64,000 nucleotides of DNA from the human T2T-CHM13v2.0 reference genome, Homo sapiens: the NCBI RefSeq assembly GCF_009914755.1, contig NC_060939.1. One strand, given 5' to 3'. Below the pieces are notes generated by a model. That model was not told the DNA's origin. It did not search any database and saw nothing but the letters and a program-made list of their open reading frames with translations. Below are positions 42,322 to 55,556 of this stretch, in pieces. The position numbers were made by a program, and so were the translations under genes. Within the stretch, counting starts at the first letter, position 1. Each line of letters begins with the position of its first letter.

Positions 42322-44261
42322 AAATTTTTGTTTTTCTGTTTGTTTGAATTTTAGGAATTTGAAAAGAAAAAGAAAGCAGTAGACTTAGAGCCACAATAAG
42401 AAAAATCTAGAACTTAATTAGGTCTCTCTCATTGTGTTACCAATTAATTCATTTATTCATTTACCAAAAGTGTACTGCAAGCAAACAATATGAAGAGGAC
42501 ACGATCTCTACTTTCAAGGAGCACAATACAGTCAGGCCAATAGACAAAGAACAGACAAATAAAGAATACTACTCTGGAAGTGCAGGAAAGGGCCTGGGAA
42601 CTTTTACAGTTAACTACACAGTGAAACAAATTATCCCTTGTCCACGGAATTAAGTGCAATGTTCTTAGGTGAAACCTAAAAGATTGAAAACTCTGACCTA
42701 TAGTCACCAAAAAAAGTGAATAAGCTAAGTCTTATTTATTCTTGTCATATTCCAACTTTGTGTTTCTACCCCGTAAAACGTTGTTGTGTTCCGCAAATTC
42801 AAGTAACCATGTAATTGTGCTTTAAAAGAAGAAAATTTTTTAACCCAGGCATGTATTAAACAATTTTCTCCCAAAAAGTACATGCCTGGTGGGAAAGTAA
42901 GGTAGGTCAGAGTAGGTTTTATAAAATTAGTATTGGCTTTAGACAGTACACATTGGCTCATCCTTTTACTGCTCAGCCCACAGTACATTTCATGTATACC
43001 TTCTAGATGTCCCAAGTATTTAAAATGCAACAGGATAAACAACCAGGCCAATATTCTGACATCACCTTCTAAACAGTACCACTAGCTAATGCAGCAGTAA
43101 TAAAATCTAATGGCCACTAGTGACAGGTACAATGTGAGAGAGAAAACTTGGAGTTTGTGTCAAATCTAGGAACACTAAATTGGCACATGCTGGCCTATCC
43201 TACTCCAGGTTTGCTCCTTCAAAAAGCTAATGATGTGTGTCAACAAAGATTGACCACGGCAACAGATTGCTGCCATTATTCTGTTACATAATCTGAAAGA
43301 AGAGGGAACTGGAATATTTCTTATATATAGGAATAGAAAGAGATTGACATAGTATAGGCTATCCAATCTTGATAAAGCAAACCAACATCTATGCAGCATG
43401 TACTATGTGCCAGGCAGTGAGCTAAATGCTTTATATATACATGGCCTAACAATATCCTGCTAGGTAATTAATGTCACAAATAAAAAGACAGGCCGAGAGA
43501 GGTTAAGTAATCTGACCATGTTCACACAACTAAATAGGTTTACAGCATCTCCACATCCTTATAACTAAAGCCCAAATTGTAGAATCATCTAGAATGCCTT
43601 TCTTTCAACGTCATATCGTCAAGCCTTGTGGATCTATTTGCGCAATGTTTTCACATCCATCCACTTATTTCCAGGCCCAATTCAAGTCCCCATCAACTGG
43701 GGATCACCAACTGGCCTTCCTTTTTCTAACTTATTTCTGTCCACTCTGCTGCTTAATCTTTCCAAATCAAAGCTGGGGTCATGTCACTCCTTTGCTCAAA
43801 GGCCTTCCATAGCTTTTCACCATCTACTGAATTAGGTAAATACTCCTGAATCTGGCATTCAAAGCCTACTGCACTATATAGTATACAGACTTGGTTCAAA
43901 CAATGTTTGTTGAATGAATACATGGCACTAAGCTAAGACTCACTATCTGTGGCAATAGTTCCCCAAAGTAGTATCATAGCATATTAAGTAATAAATATGT
44001 CCTCAAAAGATAAATACAAGGCCTAGAATCTATTTCACCCTAAAACCAAGAATATTGAGGAAAAATTAAATCTAACATATGGTATGGGGGTACAGGTTAT
44101 ATGGTGAGGGTTGTTGATCAAACAGCTAGCTATTTTATAGAATGCATGTTTTAACACAGATTAAGTTTTCCAAGACATGAACGTCCCTTCCATGAATTCC
44201 TCACTCCAACATCAGCACATTGCTTCCTCCATTTGGCCTTTTGGCTCCACTACGTAAAGTT

Positions 44262-44740
44262 TCTTAGTTAGAACTTCTTGTATTACAAGTGGCAGAAATC
44301 CAACTAAACTGGCTTAGGCAGAATAGAATTTGTTCATATAACCAAAAAGTCCAGGATTACAGGCATGGAGCTCAAATGATATAAGGAATCTCTCTACATC
44401 TCTCGATTCTGTTCTCCCCTCATGGTATCAAAGATAATCATTACAACTTCACAATTAGATTCTTCCAGCTCAGTAACCATAGCTACTAAGACAGTGTCCC
44501 AACTATTCCAGCAAAGGACTGGGGAACTACTCTCTAGAGTATAACTTAGAAAATGTGCCCGTCCCTAAACAGATCACAGTGACCAGGTGACGTGAATTAT
44601 CATTCAGTCCTGGGTTGAGGATCATCTCTAGATCCAATAGATCAGCTTCATCCTAACCATGCAGAGTGCAAAGGGTGAGACGTGGCTTTTCAAAAGAAAA
44701 GTGAGGTGATGTTAAAGACAAAAAGGAAACAGATGTTATG
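44262..44740 (-). mobile_element. MLT1J/K-like MaLR LTR
   Basis: caagtggcagaaatccaactaaactggcttaggca...cataaccaaaaagtccagg-like segments. Confidence 0.6.
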
Positions 44741-44959
44741 TGAAGAAAAAAAACACATTGACATTCACTGTAGAAAAGTTCTGAGACATAAAAGTGAGAA
44801 GGGGGTCTGGTCAGCGTCTTGCTGTGCTGTTATAGCCTCTCCGGGCTACTTCTGATCAATGAGTAGGACCCTCTGTACATTTCACCCCCCTTGCCATTTT
44901 GTGCCTTCATCAGTAAAGCTTCCCATGGCCCTGCCATTCAGCAGAGGCGGCAGCTGCAT

Positions 44960-45055
44960 GACCTTCTTAAATTACTGCTTGGGACTGAGCATTGGGATTG
45001 CTTTAAAGCTCTCCCAAAGTGATCCTAATGTGTAGCCAGGGTTGAGAGTCATCGG
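44960..45055. mobile_element. MER5-like DNA transposon fragment
   Basis: aagctctcccaaagtgatcctaatgtgtagccagggttgaga. Confidence 0.6.
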
Positions 45056-46050
45056 AGTAGGAAAGCCCTTGGTCTTCACCATCAGCATATACAAATATTG
45101 CATTAATCTTCTAGAATGTATTTGGTATCTAATAATCTGTGTTCTTTTCAATAAAAATATCTGAGATTATTCCTTTCATTTTCAGAAACTGATCCACAAA
45201 GTCTGGAAGGAGAGGGAGGAAATCTCACAAATCAGACACTAAATAGCACTCCTTTGTGCTCCTTAATTATGGATTTTGTTTTCTTTTTTGCATGGGATCA
45301 ATTCAATACTAGATGAAAAAAATGCTTTTCATTTTTCTGCATTTTTTTTTTTAATTTGGAACGGAAAACAAATCATAGAGCCTTGTTTGGCACAAGGGCA
45401 AATGTTAAAGATACTATGTGCCACTCCCCTCCACTGAGGTTTTGATTTCTTTGAAATCAAAGGCAATTCAAATGAAGTTATATTCCTGGAATGTATAAAA
45501 TCCCTTCTCGCATCCATGTCTACTCTATCATGGAATGCTTAAACAATTTAAAGCGACTGAGTTTTTCCACCAGCCCCTCTCTGTGAAATAACATAATGCC
45601 TTAGAACATTACATCTACGGAGGCCAAATGATGTGGTAGAATGCAGAGTTTGAATCCCTGATCCATCACTTACTGTGAATCACTTACTCAGCTTAAGAAG
45701 GTCACCTAATTTTTGTCTTCCATAAAATGGAGGAAATAACCTCTCTCAAAGACTCTTGTAAAGTTTAGAGATAATACATAGAAAGCTTCTGATGCATAGT
45801 AAGCCGTCAAGAAATGTTAGCAATCATCATTTAGGAAAATAGTCTCCTTTTAAAATTCAGTCTTGAAGGTTAGTTCTGGTTGAAGAAAGGTAGACTCTTC
45901 CTAGATGTACCAGTGCACTAAGACAATATGTGTAGAAGATTATTTAAAGGAAATATCTAATGGGGTTATACAAATTAGTTATGTCTGGTGTTCAAATGAA
46001 CCCTTCTCAAATTTGGATATCTAAATTACAGCTTAAAAAAATTCAGAATA

Positions 46051-46211
46051 GGTGGGGCATGGTGTCTCACACCTGTAATCCCAGCACTTCGGAAGGCCAA
46101 GGCGGGCAGATCACTTGAGGTCAGGAATTCAAGACTAGCCTGGTCAACATGGTGAAACCTCGTGTCTACTAAAATACAAAAATTAGTCAGGTGTCTCAAA
46201 AAAAAAAAAAA
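46051..46211 (+). mobile_element. AluS missing almost the whole right arm
   Basis: Left arm and linker, then ttagtcaggtg|tctc-poly(A); TSD-like aaaaaattcagaata / aaaaaattaagaatg. Confidence 0.9.
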
Positions 46212-48409
46212 TTAAGAATGAAGTCTGTTAAATGGCCAACTTTGTATGGTGAAATTTTGGTAAAAACTCCCACTGTTTTAGTGACTGAGCCCTTCCTATT
46301 TTCATGTAGTTCATCAAGAATGTGCTTCATCAGTAATACTAAATCTCTAAATGTTTAACTTCTCAAGCATGACTGATTGGCTATAGCCTATTGAAAAGTG
46401 CCAAATTTCTTTCTAAAAACCATCTCTAACAATTCACGGTTGAAGGCTTTTTTGTGCAGTAAGTCACTAAGTTAGGAAAGTGGCTTCTAAATCTACACAT
46501 GAGATAACAGTAATACCAAACTCACAGTGCAGTTGTGAAAAACAGATAAGGTGGATGAAAGGGCTTTGCAGGTGATAAAGCACTGTGTAAATGTTACGCT
46601 TTTGCAGCTGTGGCTGCCACAGCTGCTGACTAAATGAGTTTATCCCCGGTCATGAGGAGCATACATCCTCATTAGAGACATGGTGTGTTATTAAGCACCA
46701 CCTAAAGACAGAGAGTTTTCCTAGACTTCAGAGAAGGAAGATGGGTGGAAAGATCAAGGAAACACCACTGTGAGGCAGGTACGGCACCAGGCCCTCATGG
46801 ATGGGCAACAGTCTAATAGAGAGGAGGCAGAAGGTCACTGTGGGCAGGCAGTCCAGCAGAGCAGCACGCAGTGTGCACCAAAAGGAGCCTGGAGGCCCAG
46901 AGCTTCTGGAGGGTGAGAGGAGAAGGTGGGTGCAGAGGGCAGAGTGGATCCCATAACGTCCAAAATTTTTTCAAGACAGACCAACTCTACATCTACTCCT
47001 CTTATTCGCTGAGTACCTCCAAAACTCACTGAAAAACTCCATAGATTTAGCTGAAGTTCTTAGCACTTCTGCCCATTCTTCAATAGACCAGAAAGAAGAA
47101 AGGAAGCAGCAGGAAATGGGCGGAAGTGTTAAGTTGCAAATCCTGGCAGCATGCCCAGAATGGGACCAACTCAGCAGACAGGAAGCGAAGGCAATAAAAG
47201 AGCAATCTACGCTACAGGCAGGCTGGAGCAGAAACTCGGGAAAGGAGGGAAGACAGATTACTGGAACAGCCAGTTTGCAGGGCCATGAAACCCGAACTCT
47301 TTTCGATCCGCCTTCCTGGTGAGTCTTCTGGCTCTGAAACTTTGGGAAGGAAAACTGATACCCATAAATAACTGTGGCTGTATAACTGCAAAGTGGGATA
47401 AACGTTTCATCTTGATTAAACGTAAGGTGACTCCTGACAAAGAACTGTGGTTGGCTGACTCTGTGGAGAGGCTTGCAAGATGCTGTCATGACTACATGTG
47501 GGAGTTTGAGAAAACTGCAAGATGCATGTTGCAAAAAGACATATTAAGCTTTCTGCTGTTTTCCAGGCACTGTATCAGGAGCTGGTTGGGGGAGTGATGA
47601 ACGAGATAGCATCCTGTTAACAAGGAGTAGCAGACTTCCCATGTTACATTCTCTCAAACAGAGAGGAGATCAGGCCAGATCTGTTTCTCCTCAAAAATAT
47701 AATCTCAAGAAAAATCAACTGGTCGGATCATCACTACCTAACCACAGATCTCCCTCCTTATTCTTCAGAACAAGAATCCGTCAAATAAGTAACGTCATGG
47801 TTAATGCTCCTCCACATTCAACCTGGACCCTAAATCCCTCTAAATAACTTGACTCTGTTCATACACAGACCACCCACTTTACCAGTCTCAAAGGATGGAC
47901 CAGAACAACTATTTCCTTGAGTTAATGAGTGAACCTACATCTAACTGTAAATAAAACACTAAAAATAGGTAACTATTACTTACTAAATGAAACCCAAGTG
48001 TAACTTTCCATTAAACTCAACCTGAATAAAGTTTTTAAACAGTGAACCTTTTAAAACAGAAACCAGTCTGTAAGCATCCTAAAGCTAGTCAACCAAGACA
48101 GAAGTTAAAACACAAGTATTTTCCAATCAAACTCAGCACCATTCCAACTGAAGCTTCCACTTGGGGCTGTGAAACCCTCTTTGGACGTAAGCTATGCTGA
48201 ACCTGTGGTTTCAGGCAGGTTATATTGTAACGATAGGGGAAACCAATGCCACATCCACTTGCAGTGTCTGTAGAGAACTACATCTTGCCACACATCCAAG
48301 ATCTCATTCCTCAGTCTCCCTGAAAAATTCTGTTGGTAAGAGAGAAGTGAGACAGTGCTGTTTCCGAGGAATCTTATGCCTCTCTTTATTCTACAACAAA
48401 TGGAGACAG

Positions 48410-48700
48410 ATGGAAATAGAAGAAGAGGCAGCAACAGGACAGGAGAAAGGAAAGAAAGGGGAAAGGAAGGTAACAGAAGGGCAACGGGGGAAGGGGAAAA
48501 TAGACAAATCATAGCAGAATGCCCAGACACGACACAGGTCAGGTGACAGAAAGGACAAAAAAGATGGGAGAAGAAAACCAAGAATGAGGCCAGAAGAAGG
48601 GAGAGGAGACACCATGGTGATGGGAGCAGTAGAGAGTGTAACAGAAGTAGGATGGAGAAATAAAGCAAGCAAACAAATTGCTCCCGGGAAAAAAAGCAAA
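48410..48700. repeat. GA-rich low-complexity tract
   Basis: Strongly purine-biased plus strand (agaagaagaggcagcaacaggacaggagaaaggaaagaaagggg...). Confidence 0.7.
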
Positions 48701-49041
48701 AAGCAGACTTACGAGCAACCAAAGGCCATAATTTCCAACATCCTCAGAGAGCAATAATTAGAAGCGCAACAGTTGGGAATTTGAACATGGCTGCTGACTA
48801 GGCCCGACCATCAACGGGGTCTGATTCCGGGCCTGATCCTTGACGATCTCAAGGATTCACCAGCCTCTCTCCGAACTCCAACTGCCCGCCATTTGTTCAT
48901 CAACAAAATCATTCTTTCTACCTCCTAAAAGAATTTTTATTCCTATGACATTGCAAGGTCCATTTATAAAAAGCCTCATGCAAGTTCTCACAGTCATTAC
49001 ACTGAGAATGAAACAGCGTGATATGTTAAGTAAACACATAC

Positions 49042-49636
49042 CGAGTCCGGAGTTTCTTGCTTCCGATGCGTTCGTGGTCTAACTTAACAAATATACCCGC
49101 GGACCTTTGCGGCAAGTGTTACAGCTCTTAAAGACGGTGCGTCCGGATGCTCCGGTGAGTTTGTAGTCTCACTGACTTCACGAATAAACCCGCGGACCCT
49201 CACGGTAAGTGTTACAGCTCTTAAAGGTGATGTGGTGAATTTTAAAGCCCTTAAAAGTGGTATGGACCCAAACGGTGAGCAGCAGCAAGATTTACTGTCA
49301 CGAGCAAAATAACAAAGCCTCCGCAACGCTGAAGACAACCGGAGCAGACTGCAGAGGCCTGCGTGTGTGGCCAGCTTTTATTCCCTTATTTGGCCCCACC
49401 CATGCCCTGCTTATTGGTCCATTTTACAGAGTGCTGATTGGTCCATTTTACAGAGTGCTGATTGGTCCATTTTACAGAGTGCTGATTGGTCCATTTTTAC
49501 AGAATGCTGATTGGTGCATTTACAATCCTCTAGCTAGACACAGAGCACTGATTGGTGCATTTACAATCCTCTAGCTAGGCAGAAAAGTTCTCCAAGTCCC
49601 CACAAAACCCAGAAGCCCACCTGGCTTCACCTCTCA
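49042..49636 (-). mobile_element. LTR12F-like solo LTR (HERV9/ERV1), sense to FMN1
   Basis: Minus strand starts tgagaggtgaagccag. Tandem CCAAT repeats (24-bp unit attggtccattttacagagtgctg), gggaataaaagctggcc, two U5-type repeats (gtgttacagctcttaaag). TSD-like atac / atat. Confidence 0.92.
49370..49555 (-). promoter_or_regulatory. LTR12 U3 promoter core: six CCAAT (NF-Y) boxes and an AATAAAA TATA-like element
   Basis: attgg at 49413, 49437, 49461, 49485, 49510 and 49551; ttttattccc near 49376-49385. Confidence 0.65.
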
Positions 49637-49956
49637 ATATTTTAAAGCTCAATGTAACTCGGAGAAAACAGCAATTAAGTAATACCACAATGCAGTTAGC
49701 TACCAGAATTTGGGGACAGGAATTGAAACCACTCAGTGAAATCTAGAAATTTCAGATTATAAATATGTGCTTTAAATATAAATAATATAGTATGCCATAC
49801 TTCTTTTCCAAATGAGGTAAATCACTAAACTTAACTGAGCTGAAATAAATCTGAGGCTGGTGTAGCAATGTGTATAAATAACCGTGGTAAGATTACCAAA
49901 ACACTGTTGAAATCTGGGTATCTTTGAGAGCTTTCTCAGTACCTGCACATGGGTAA

Positions 49957-50622
<666 letters not shown>

Positions 50623-51537
50623 ATTTTTTCATTCTTGATCCAAGTTCCTGCAAATTCAGAAAACCTTCCTCTTATGCCAGTTAAGATTGCCCTGCTAGCA
50701 TTTTCTTTCTATTTTCATTATTTATTATAACTATTTATGTCATTGAGGAGAAATTCGTTGTGTTCAGAAGACTGTACAGAACTCAAAATATTGCCCTACA
50801 TGTATATACATAAATATACACACTTCAAAACTAAATATATAGACAATTTTTCAAATGCTTAAGGTTAAGAATCAGTTTTATGAAACAATGTAGAAATATC
50901 AACAGAGATTGAGACAAGTTGTGGGCTGCACTGTAGTTTATTATAGCAAAGATCAGCAACCTAAGAATGAGATAAGGAGGTTTAAAAAATTAAGGTGATT
51001 TCATCCACTGGAGTATGTGCAAACATTAAAATTAATTTTAAGCAATTTTGATGACAAGAAAATGCTGTGATATAAGGCAATTTTGTTAATAGGTATATGC
51101 ATTTTCAAAAGCCCAAATCATTAAGTGATAATTTCAGAGTTTTAGGGTTTGGAGCAGTTTTTATGTATTAGTTTTAAAAATAATTTGAGTCTCCAGTATG
51201 TATGTAATACCACACTGAATATTATTAGAGTCTGTATTCGTTTCAGAGTCAAAACACTTACATTTGCTTGTCTATTAAGATGTTTTGATTTAATTTTATT
51301 TATTTTATTTTTGGGCTGTTATAATTTTTAAAACTTGTACTGAGAAAAACTAGATGGGAGATTTGGTTCTATTTCTTACTAGCTGTGTTTCTTTAGCCAA
51401 GGTTACTTCAATTCTAGGCTTCAGTTTCTACATCTGTAGAGCAAACAATACTTGTGATGGTTGTCATAGAGTTGGTAGGAGAATCAGATAGAATAATGTC
51501 TATGAAAGAGCATTGTAAACTGTAAAAAGCTGTATTA

Positions 51538-51844
<307 letters not shown>

Positions 51845-54439
51845 TTAAAATCAGGATGTGCAGATGTGCATGGTTATTATTTTTATTGACTTTTATGGCT
51901 CTCTTTCTGAACAAGTAAATGTCAGCTGAAGATGGAAACAAGTGTTGAAAACGATCTCTAATCATAACTAGTCATTGATATACTTTCTCACTGTGTGTCA
52001 GTGTGGCCCAGACCACTGCATATTCTTCATGATCTCTCACAAACTGTGAACGTAATAATATGCAACACCAAGTGCTTGCTGCAGGAAATATCCTTCAAAA
52101 ATACAACTACCCCACTGTGAGTTTCATGCAGAGAGATAATATCACTGTAAGCCACCTCCTCAAAGCAACCAGCCCGAGCAGCCATGAGGATAGGCCATCA
52201 GGAAACTGATGGGGAGGGGAGGTCTGAGCCCTGGAAAAGTGCAGTACAAAGGTGTAGTCAACACTTACTAGGTAAGTGGCCTCTGAGGGCAATGCAGCCT
52301 CAAGTGAGTGAAACATCTCTACCATGCTATTAAATGCTGTTTAAGTAGATGTGATAAAAGCATTTTAAGATCCCCAAAGAAAGATACTAGTCTGAATAGC
52401 ACGGATCATTATTTTTCCACACCTGCTTTGACCCTCTCTACAAGAAGGAGAGAACAAGAACAAGATAAAGGCAGTCAAGTCCCAGGAAGTGCCCCGAAAT
52501 GACCTTTGCCTTCCTTTCCACCTGGGGCAATCATTCAGACCAGTTAGGCAAAGGATCTAAAATAACATCTTCCACAGCTGGCTTGGAAGAAAGTCAAGAA
52601 TTTTCTTTTCCCTCCTTTCTTTATTCCCATTACTCACTCTCTAAGTCCTCAGCTTGTCTCCCCTTCCCCCTCTTCCTTCTTTCCTGGCTGTAATATGCTT
52701 GTCTCAATTCTAATAATACCAAATATAAGCAGCTGAATATTTTCAATAAATCAGCACTTCTCCAAAACTACTCAACAGCTTCAGCTTCTCTATAACCACA
52801 CTTCTCATTCCCGCTCTCTTGTACTACTGTAGTCTATCACTTTCAAGATGAAAGAATCAGCTAGTCTTTCTCAGAACTCAGCACGTAGGCTTCAGGCATA
52901 AAGAAGCTGCCTGTGTGCAACTGGCTCCTGTAAGGAATACTATATTTCTTTCCAATGTAGCCCACATCATGTCATTTGGAAAAGGAGCCTCAGACCAGAG
53001 CTGATTTAGAGCTCTGTAAGTCACAGAAAAGTGCCAGGTCGTTTGCAGTATTAATATTATATGCATGTATTATACCCAGGATACTCACCACACCTAAGAG
53101 CGGAGGGAAGAATTGCAACAGGAACATCCAAACCTGCAGCTTTCCAGCCTATTATTCTTCTTGGTGAGACATAAACCTAAAAGAACTTCGGGGGCCTTGG
53201 TGATTTGTTTCCTAGGAACACCTTTAATTTCCTTTTGTAATTTCAGACAGCACAGCCACTTGAACTCTTCCATCACTGTCTCTAGCTCCTCCCATGCACA
53301 TGCCTGCCTGGACCTGTACCTCTTTGACCACATCTTCAAGATGTCTCCACAATAATCCAACCTGGAGAAGTCCAGAAGGGTTGTTAGTCTGTGAGCACAC
53401 ACCCCCCTCTACTGGACAAAACATGAAGAAACATACATGCCTGGGAAAGGACCACAGAATTCTGGAACAGAAAGGAATGCCTAATTAACTGCCCTCGCTT
53501 TGTAAAACCCAGGCCTACAGAAGTGCCCCAAGTCACAGACTTATAACAGGGATAGGGGGCCAAGCACTGCATCTCTTTGCCTCCCACATCAGGCACCATC
53601 ACTACATAGAACTGTGTGTCCCTCAACAGTTAACTCACAAGGAAGAGGGGATTATGCAACTGAGTTCATGGGGATCTTTAGGTTATGAGTTAGAACCCTC
53701 CCAAGGCACAGCCATCAACAAAGAAGGAGAGTGTGTGGTTGAAAGAACAGTGCGCTGGGAGTCAGGGACTTGGTCTCTAGTCCCAGTTCCAGCACCTACA
53801 GCCTCTGCGACTCTGAGCAAGACACAGTCCCTGAGCTTCTCAGAGATCAGTCTTCTGGTCTCTAAGGAACCTCTCACAATATGAACACAGATCTATGGTT
53901 CTCTGTAAATGGCTGGGCCAAAGAGTACGAACAGGGCCATAGAAACTGTAGAAGAAAGAGCATTAACTGGAGTGCTAGAGACCTGTTTCCTAATTCTGGC
54001 TCTGGTGCCCATTAGCTACTTGACCTAAGGAAAGTCACTCTCTGGAACTCTGGCTTAGAAATAGAGATGAGGCTAGATGACCTTCTCAACCCCACAGTTT
54101 CTGTAATTGTGGCTAATGATAACTGTAAGTATGAATGCTTTCTTCAAAGGATCCTAAAGCCACAGGGGCATGTTGATACATCTTTGGGACAATGGAAGGA
54201 ACATTAACGTTTCTACCCGTTTTATAATAAATGTAACTAAGGGCAAATATATCAAACTATTTGCTCAGAGTTCAGAAAAGCACAATTAGGTGTGCCGACT
54301 TCCAACCTGTGCTATAGATGAAACATTAGTCCAGGATACTAAGATCAAACCACAAAGCTTTTATAAGCCATGCCAGCCATCTATAAAATGATAAGTAGAC
54401 CTAATAAATTACAAAATTAGATAATTAATTCTACATCTC

Positions 54440-54737
54440 ATTTTATTTTTTATTTATTTATTTTGAGGAAAGGTCTCACTCTCCCAGGCTGGAGTGCAGT
54501 GGCACAGTCATCGCTCACTGCAGCCTTGAACTCCCTCAGGTGATCTCCCACCTCAGTCTCCCAAGTAGCTGGGACTACAGGCACACAACACATGCCCAGC
54601 TAATTTTTTGTATTTTCTGTAGAGATAGGGTTTTGCCATGCTGGTCGGGCTGGTCTCAAACTCCTGGGCTCAAGTGATCTTCCTGTCTCGGCCTCTTAAA
54701 GAGCTGGGATTACAAGTGTGAGCCACTACACCCAGCC
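54440..54737 (-). mobile_element. AluJ
   Basis: (TTTA)n tail; ctcaaactcctgggctcaagtgatc. Confidence 0.93.
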
Positions 54738-55208
54738 AATTTACAATTTTAAGTGGGATTATAGAAAATAACATAACAATTAAATAAAGAGACAAAACTG
54801 TGGCAAGGATGCCACTGGATGGCCCAGGGATGTCTCAGGAGGCAGTTGTGGGGGAGGATGCTGAGGTAACAGTTCCACCTCACCTCACCCCAAATTACCC
54901 AGTGAACAACCATCTAAATAAAAAGTGTGTGTTTGGCATGTAAATGCAGTTTCAAAACAAGTTCTCTAGCTGCCTCATCACCTCACCTTGCACCTGGCTG
55001 CTGCACTATGGGAGTTCTAGATCCGCTAGACATTAGGGGAAACAGTAGTCGATTGGGGTAGCCTCACAACCAACGTTTGGGCTGTGGGCCACAAAGTCAA
55101 GTGGAGAGCACCGAAAGGAGAAGAAAGAAAAGAACTATGATCCTACAAGTTGCTTAAGCTCTCTGACATTCAGCTATCTCACTTTTTCTGAAAAATTTAA
55201 AAATGGAA

Positions 55209-55556
<348 letters not shown>

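Noticed and set aside
46971-47534. 187-aa minus-strand ORF
   Set aside because: No recognisable similarity, composition typical of non-coding sequence, no convincing splice pair linking it to the FMN1 frame.
48192-48722. 176-aa hydrophobic, membrane-like ORF
   Set aside because: Artefact of translating the CT-rich strand of a low-complexity tract.
49413-49575. Tandem 24-bp and about 41-bp repeats that superficially resemble a repeat array
   Set aside because: No unique spacers; these are the normal CCAAT-bearing U3 repeats of LTR12, not CRISPR.
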